Below are positions 58,293 to 64,000 of a stretch of 64,000 bases of DNA, piece after piece. Made by a program: the position numbers and the translations under genes. Source of the stretch: Fistulifera solaris (taxonomy: Eukaryota); the NCBI GenBank assembly GCA_030295235.1, contig AP026125.1, positions 372,001-436,000 on the forward strand. Reading direction: 5' to 3'. Under the pieces are notes generated by a model. The model was not told the origin of the DNA and did not search any database. It was given only the letters and a program-made list of their open reading frames with translations. The first letter of the stretch is position 1. The number at the start of each line of letters is the position of its first letter.

Positions 58293-60938
58293 ATGTCGAC
58301 GAAGAAAGATACATTCACGATCGGTGCCGCCGCCAAGCGAGAACTCCGTCGCACCCTCAAACGAAGTACCGATCCAGCGTCCACCATCCAAACCTTTCAA
58401 CGCGATCATTCGTTGCATACAATGATGGCGCGGGCGTTGGGAACGACACCGCGGCACGAGCTTACCGACGTCGGAGCTGCGATAGAATCGTTGGATACGG
58501 ACTCGGTCATGACATTCTTGTCGCATTTGGGTCTTTCGCAATACGAAATCCACAAACGCATTTCGGATACCTTGCTACAAACATTAGAAGAAGAGATCCG
58601 CAAATCGAATTCCACGGAACCTCTACTGCATTTACTTCAAGCTTGTTGGCCGTACGTCACCGTCGTAACGGAATTGCGACCGATTTTGTGGTCGTTGTTA
58701 CGGCAACTCGGGGATCGGACACCGGTAGCGGTCTTACAAGCGCTCGGAGAACGAGCTCCCGATGGAACTTGCAAACATGCGGAGCTGTTTCAACAGTTGG
58801 ATGGACATTTGAAACGACTGTGTTGGGAAACGGACTGGGATAGCCGGGAAGCGTCGTACGAAACAACCTTGCTCTATCAAACGATACACCCCATTGTCGA
58901 ACAGTATTGTCGAAATGATACCTTGGTCGCACAAGCCAATCTACCGTTTGTGGCGACGACTCGCGAACGCAGTGTTCTGACATCACAGCGAAGGGCGTTG
59001 ACGTCGTCTTCTTCCTCAACGGCGGCACCCACGAATTTTCTTCGTCACAATAAAACCGACAAAGCCACACCGACCTACGCTACGGGCAAGCACATTGCGA
59101 AACTACGCACCTTATTATCCGATCGGACCGGATCATCGGTATCGTATCGACCCAAACTACTGCACGCACTCTTGTCCATTCTCATGGCGCAGCATGCGCT
59201 CTGTCCAGTACCATTTCTCGGAGGGGCGCAACATTTGCATTGCACACTGGTAGCCGATCTGCTCTTGTCGGCCGGTGGATCTCTGCCTACGGCGTATCAT
59301 TCCGTGGTCATTCTAGCGGGTATCTTGGACGAATGTGTGCAACAGGGAGCGGTCAGTGACGAGGCTTTGGTTCAAATTCAGACCAATTTGGTGACCATTT
59401 TTCAGTCGAACGCGGATGCCAATGTGCAGGAGGAGGAGATCCAGGAAACGAAAGAAGACGAGAGTAGCAACAAGAAAGAGGATGTCGTGACGACCAATGC
59501 CGAAATCCGACAACTCAATCGTCTTTTGACGGCCGGATTGAATGCCATGAAAGAAGCCGATCCGCAAAACTTGTTCCTCAATCCTGTGACAGACGCAATT
59601 GCACCGGGGTATAGCAAAGTCATTCGAAAGCCCATGTGCATTATAACCATGCAAGAGAATATTGCCAAGAACCGTTACAACAACATTGCCGAATGGGAAT
59701 CGGATGTCAATCTCATGTTCAAGAACTGTATCGATTACAATCGTGGCAGTGCAGGCCAGTGGTTTCGTGGCGAAGCACAACGGCAAGGAACCATATTTCG
59801 CGACGAGATTCTTCCGCAAGCGAAGCGTCTTTTCCAACAGGAAATCGTCAAACGATCCGCACTCGAAGCCGAGGCGGGGAAACGACGGGCCGAAGAACCC
59901 TTGGTAAAACCCATGAAGGCATCGTCGAAAAAGCGCAAAATAGATCCTACCGATTCCCTTCCCAGCATGCCGGCACTCGCATCTATGTTGCTATCGGATC
60001 CTTTTGTGGTCCGCGTCCTCTTGGCGCGCGTGTTGCGAGACTTGCGGCATGGAGTATTACCTGGGAACTCCATCCCGGCGGTTCATGCGGTGATTCCCTC
60101 GGTGTTACAGATTTTGAACATTGCCCGTTCTTCCACCCAGCTTTGCGCGAGTCGCGGACGAAAATACTATGTTCCGGATGCGGGAATCGAGTCACCGAAG
60201 GATGCAGCAGCCATGGTCTCGTACGCGTCTTTGCGGCAAGTCCTTCCTCTCCTTCTCCGTCTAATGACGCAAGCTGAGTTACAGAAACGAGTGACACAAG
60301 GAGGGGAACTTTACGCCGCAGCCCAAGTATCACCTCATATACAATTCAAGCCGATTTCGGTGGAGCATTGGAAAGGCGTCGACGATGTACAAGTAGTCGC
60401 GGCAATCGTTTCCGGAGCCATCGTTCTGTTTTGTCAACCTGGTAGTGGCTATGAGGTGGCGTTGGTATCGATATTCCCACATCTCGCGGCTTCTCTACAA
60501 GCCTTGTCTTCTGCGAAGCTGGAGCCGGTTTTTCTCAAGTGCTTGCTGCACATGATTTTACGACACCGAACGAAACTCCAGAAACCAGTACGAGATGTAA
60601 TTGTGCAATGCTGGATGGACTGGATTCGCGGGACACCAGAAGCTATGACATCAGCGACACACGAGTATTATGTCAAACTAGTGGCGGAGTGGTCTTTGTT
60701 GGGAAACTTGCTGCTGCCACGAGATACGCTTGTGGAGTTCCTTGGTAATGGCATTAAAACAGCAAGTGTTTCCGATAAGCGATCGCTTGCCTCGCTCTGG
60801 AATGACACAAAATTTCATTCTATCCGATTGGAGTACGAGCGAGTGCTAAAAATACTTCCAGAAAGTAGAGCAGCTGAATGGAAGCGAACAATGAACATTG
60901 AAGACGCAGCACCTGACGCTGAACTTTCGACATCATGA
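58293..60938 (+). CDS. NELF-B/COBRA1-like protein with an internal bromodomain, apparently intronless
   Basis: NELF-B-like blocks LRRTLKRSTDPASTIQTFQ, FLSHLGLSQYEIH, LLQACWPYV..ELRPILWSLLRQL, LKRLCWE, HCTLVADLLLS and ASMLLSDPFVV. Bromodomain LFLNPVTDAIAPGYSKVIRKPM..RY....W.SDVNLMFKNCIDYN. Confidence 0.8.
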   Translation: MSTKKDTFTIGAAAKRELRRTLKRSTDPASTIQTFQRDHSLHTMMARALGTTPRHELTDVGAAIESLDTDSVMTFLSHLGLSQYEIHKRISDTLLQTLEEEIRKSNSTEPLLHLLQACWPYVTVVTELRPILWSLLRQLGDRTPVAVLQALGERAPDGTCKHAELFQQLDGHLKRLCWETDWDSREASYETTLLYQTIHPIVEQYCRNDTLVAQANLPFVATTRERSVLTSQRRALTSSSSSTAAPTNFLRHNKTDKATPTYATGKHIAKLRTLLSDRTGSSVSYRPKLLHALLSILMAQHALCPVPFLGGAQHLHCTLVADLLLSAGGSLPTAYHSVVILAGILDECVQQGAVSDEALVQIQTNLVTIFQSNADANVQEEEIQETKEDESSNKKEDVVTTNAEIRQLNRLLTAGLNAMKEADPQNLFLNPVTDAIAPGYSKVIRKPMCIITMQENIAKNRYNNIAEWESDVNLMFKNCIDYNRGSAGQWFRGEAQRQGTIFRDEILPQAKRLFQQEIVKRSALEAEAGKRRAEEPLVKPMKASSKKRKIDPTDSLPSMPALASMLLSDPFVVRVLLARVLRDLRHGVLPGNSIPAVHAVIPSVLQILNIARSSTQLCASRGRKYYVPDAGIESPKDAAAMVSYASLRQVLPLLLRLMTQAELQKRVTQGGELYAAAQVSPHIQFKPISVEHWKGVDDVQVVAAIVSGAIVLFCQPGSGYEVALVSIFPHLAASLQALSSAKLEPVFLKCLLHMILRHRTKLQKPVRDVIVQCWMDWIRGTPEAMTSATHEYYVKLVAEWSLLGNLLLPRDTLVEFLGNGIKTASVSDKRSLASLWNDTKFHSIRLEYERVLKILPESRAAEWKRTMNIEDAAPDAELSTS

Positions 60939-61031
60939 CGTGTTCTGCAGGTTACAATTCTTTGACGCGCTCTCCGAGCTCTTGTTTGTTATTTAATTTA
61001 TGGTCACTTTGTGCTCTGTAAGAAAATGGCT

Positions 61032-61427
61032 TTAATCCGCGTCCATATACACATACGTGCCACAACACCAACGGGGATGCCCTTCTACCAAATCGCTAAC
61101 AAAATTTCTCAGCCACATGGTAGGGTTGTTGTATTCATAATGCTCGGCACTGGCGGTAATGGAAACAATGTAATCCGTAATATCGTCGTCGTCGTCACTC
61201 ATCATGGCTCGCCACATGCGTTCGTGTTCCTCATGGATCGTAGGATCCACACTTGGCTTCGCAGTAATACCAGAGGTTGCGGCGCCTATTTGAGAAGATG
61301 CGCGATCCAGGTCGAAACTCTTGCTGAGCAATTCGGAGGGGAAGGCCCCGTGAAAATCATTGAGACCGACGTCATCATCAATATAAGACATCGTGGCTTG
61401 AATTTGCTCCTCTCTTTCGTCCTGCAT
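61032..61427 (-). CDS. Small acidic hypothetical protein
   Basis: ATG-initiated ORF in the gap between two genes; no motif recognised. Confidence 0.5.
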   Translation of the reverse strand: MQDEREEQIQATMSYIDDDVGLNDFHGAFPSELLSKSFDLDRASSQIGAATSGITAKPSVDPTIHEEHERMWRAMMSDDDDDITDYIVSITASAEHYEYNNPTMWLRNFVSDLVEGHPRWCCGTYVYMDAD

Positions 61428-61774
61428 CGTCGAAACGAACTTCTCCTTACTATCTATTTCCGTAGAGGGCTCTCCTGCTGCAATATTTACGGGGGAAAGA
61501 ATAATTGAATTTAGCAATTGAAAGAAAAGAGGTTGAAAGAAGTTGAAAAGTGTGTGAACGAAAAAGAAGATGTGATGCGCCTCGAAACATGAACCGTTGG
61601 GTAAGGTTACTTAGAAGAAACTTGTTGAAGTTCGGTGTGAAGTAAATAGTAATATCATTTACACTAGCTTGAAGTGTATTATTTTATGCGTTGAGAAAGT
61701 AATCCAACGAACAGACACTGATCACGTTTTGAAGTCACTGATTTCTGCCCGTTGGGTGCTCCGTGCCAAACGGA

Positions 61775-62950
61775 TTAGCGCGCTCCTCGCTCCCACAGTT
61801 TGTGTTTCCGCCAAACGAAGGCCGCCTCCTCGTGAACGATGGCATGTCGACGTGCCAGAGCGTCCACGTCTTTATCATAACCTCCGCCCACTGTAGCTGC
61901 AACAGGAATACCAGCGAAAACAAACGTATCTAACACATAGCGATCTCTTCGACGAATTCCTTCTTCCGAAACCTTCAAGCGTCCCAATACATCATTCTCA
62001 TAGATGTCTACTCCCGCATTGTAAATACAAAAATCCGGGGTGTACCGCCGAATCGCTTTCTCAACAGCGTCTTCCAATGCTTGCATATAGTCATCATCTT
62101 TCATACCATCCGGCAAACCGACGTCAATTGTCGAATGAGCTTTTAGCTGTGGATAGTTGGACTGACAGTGTAACGATAAAGTAATCAATCTTCCATGCAA
62201 TGGTCCATTTTTGTCCCCGAATTGAGCCGTTCCATCTCCTTGATGAACATCACAGTCGACTACCAACACTCGTTGCTTGGGAGAACGTGCGCCGCGACCG
62301 CCAGATCATTGAGAATGGTGTATCCAGCACCGCGGCTCATCGAAGCGTGATGCGTGCCACCGGCCACGTTGGCCGCTAGACCCCACTGACAGGCCAACTG
62401 ACAGGCCAGTACCGTACCGGCAACTTCCAATACGGTCCGTTCGATCAATTCCGGCCGACTGGTTTGTTCTCGAAACCCGATGCGGCGACATTCTTCAACG
62501 GTCAGTTGACCCTCCAAAAATCGTTCGACAAAGGTGGCATCAATCGGGCCCGACAGCCAGCCCGTCGCAAGCATGTCGTGGAAATCGAGTGGACGGAAGA
62601 AGTGTGTATAATCTTGTACGAGAGAGTCTGTGAGCGCGTGTGCGATGCGGGCAAATTTGTTCATCTGTGAGCGGCGAAGAATGAGAGCGTGAATACCCAA
62701 TGCTGCCAACATCAGGAGAACGCACCGGAAATGTGTGATTTTCGGGCCAATTAGCAAAGGAATAGTTTTCGTGATAAACCAGAGGAGCATGGACTTGATT
62801 CTTGGCTGGATCCAGTCCAGGTCGAGAATACGCCAACTCGTGGGGCTGGAAAGACGAGAAGCGCCGTAGTCGAGAAATTTGCTTGCAAGTTTTCGGGGAG
62901 AATGAATGAACGAAAGCGGCTGAAGACATGATAAGGGAGTAAAGCCTCAT
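61775..62950 (-). CDS. Zn-dependent deacetylase (HDAC11/class IV/AcuC-like) with signal+Phe presequence; intron 62665-62725; frameshift near 62270
   Basis: H.FPMNKF (spliced), GGTHHA, GAGYTILNDLAVAA, DCDVHQGDGT, YNAGVD..D.LG and GGGY. Confidence 0.9.
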
Positions 62951-63315
62951 GGTCGAGACAAGGCATCATCAACCTCACACAACACACAAGGGGAAAGTTT
63001 ATCATCATCGCAGAAACGCAAGAAAGGGCGAGGTAGAAAGGGGGGAATGACGTGGTTGTCCTAGCGGTACGTAAAAGGAAAACTTCAGGTTTCACGAAAT
63101 TGGGACAACTACTGCAGCGGTACTCAATGGTCGGAGTATCCGCAAATAATGAACAAGACACAACATCAAAACGTTCTGCTTTCTGCAAGCAACTAATGCC
63201 AATGATTATTTCATCTCCGTTTTATAGACTACTCCGTTTTCTCATCATTGAAAAGAACTGCTCCTTAATACACTTGAAAGGAGAAAAAACCGCATATTTT
63301 TTCAGAAAAGATGCT

Positions 63316-64000
63316 ATGGAAAGAAATTTTGAGATGATAAACATTCGCGGCACAAATCGTCGTTTTCTCGTCTCTGTCGTACTGGTGACCATGGCGATTG
63401 TCTTCTATTATTTGACATTTCGTCAAACACTACGTTCCATACCCACCAACGATATGGAAACCATTCAAACTAAAGTCGTGCTTCCGTCACCGCGCAACCG
63501 CACCGGTACTTGGATTGGCAACACCTGGATCCCACCAGCCGGTTGGCAATATCACACTCCCTGTGAATTGCGTCAATTGTATCGGGGAAAGAACATTATG
63601 TGGTTGGGTGATTCGACCGGCCGACGAACTGCCATGAATCTGTATGCCTTACTGCAGTGGAACCATTCCAACTTTCTCACGACGGAACTATCGTCGCCCC
63701 AATTGATCGATATCACCAGGCACGGTAGTTTTGAATGCGACCAATACACAGACGCACATGCTCGACCTACCATCTGTCGAACCTTGGACGGTGGCGGAAC
63801 GATCACTTTCGTGCCTCTCATGTGCCATAAGCACGTGGAACACTTTTTCAAAGCGAAGATACACTCAATATTACGCAGAACATGGATCTGATCGTCGTGG
63901 CACTCGGTATATGGGAAGTTTTGCGTCCTTGGGACTGCAAAGCCGACAATCGAACGCTGGAAAATATTACGTCGGCCGCGATTCATAGTGTATACCAGTT
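63316..64000 (+). CDS. SGNH/GDS-type esterase-like type II membrane protein, paralog of 45199-46292; 3'-partial, frameshift near 63860
   Basis: TM, then TGTWIGNTWIPPAGWQYHTP.ELRQLY.GK.I.W.GDSTGRRTAMNLYALL.W, nearly identical to the minus-strand copy; DLIVVALGIWEV in the next frame. Confidence 0.78.

Noticed and set aside
33836..62950. Apparent cluster of RNA/chromatin genes (NudC, RdRP, RsmE, CNBP, deaminase, NELF-B, HDAC) as one system
   Set aside because: They are interspersed with unrelated genes, lie in mixed orientation and have different predicted compartments; this is compatible with ordinary gene-dense eukaryotic order.
1..64000. Programmed frameshifting, stop-codon reassignment or mass pseudogenisation
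   Set aside because: No consistent slippery motif, TGA/TAA/TAG all serve as normal stops, and motifs stay intact across the breaks; assembly indels are the simpler explanation.

Overview
Gene-dense eukaryotic nuclear DNA, almost certainly from a diatom. The evidence is short 59-86 nt GT-AG introns, bipartite signal+Phe plastid presequences, a CoDi-like Ty1/copia element, an LCIP63-type iota carbonic anhydrase and a DUF1800-DUF1501 fusion. The window opens with the 3' half and probable 3' LTR of the copia retrotransposon, followed by about 30 protein genes and one tRNA-Trp(CCA). Many otherwise conserved genes are broken by small frameshifts, which most likely reflect uncorrected long-read indels. 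The most unusual features are domain architectures: (i) a NELF-B/COBRA1 homolog with a bromodomain inserted inside its fold; (ii) a short intronless cellular RNA-dependent RNA polymerase with a tandem-duplicated KOW-like N-terminus and a MITE-like inverted repeat upstream; (iii) a TMEM65-GAF fusion with a mitochondrial-type presequence; (iv) a CinA/PncC-NudC fusion whose deamidase serine is replaced; (v) a ~2000 aa secreted DUF1800-DUF1501 fusion carrying a cytochrome-b5-like HPGG segment; (vi) an organellar DNA polymerase with two inserted SAP-like motifs. All family calls come from motif recognition by eye; no database searches were run, so novelty is unverified.
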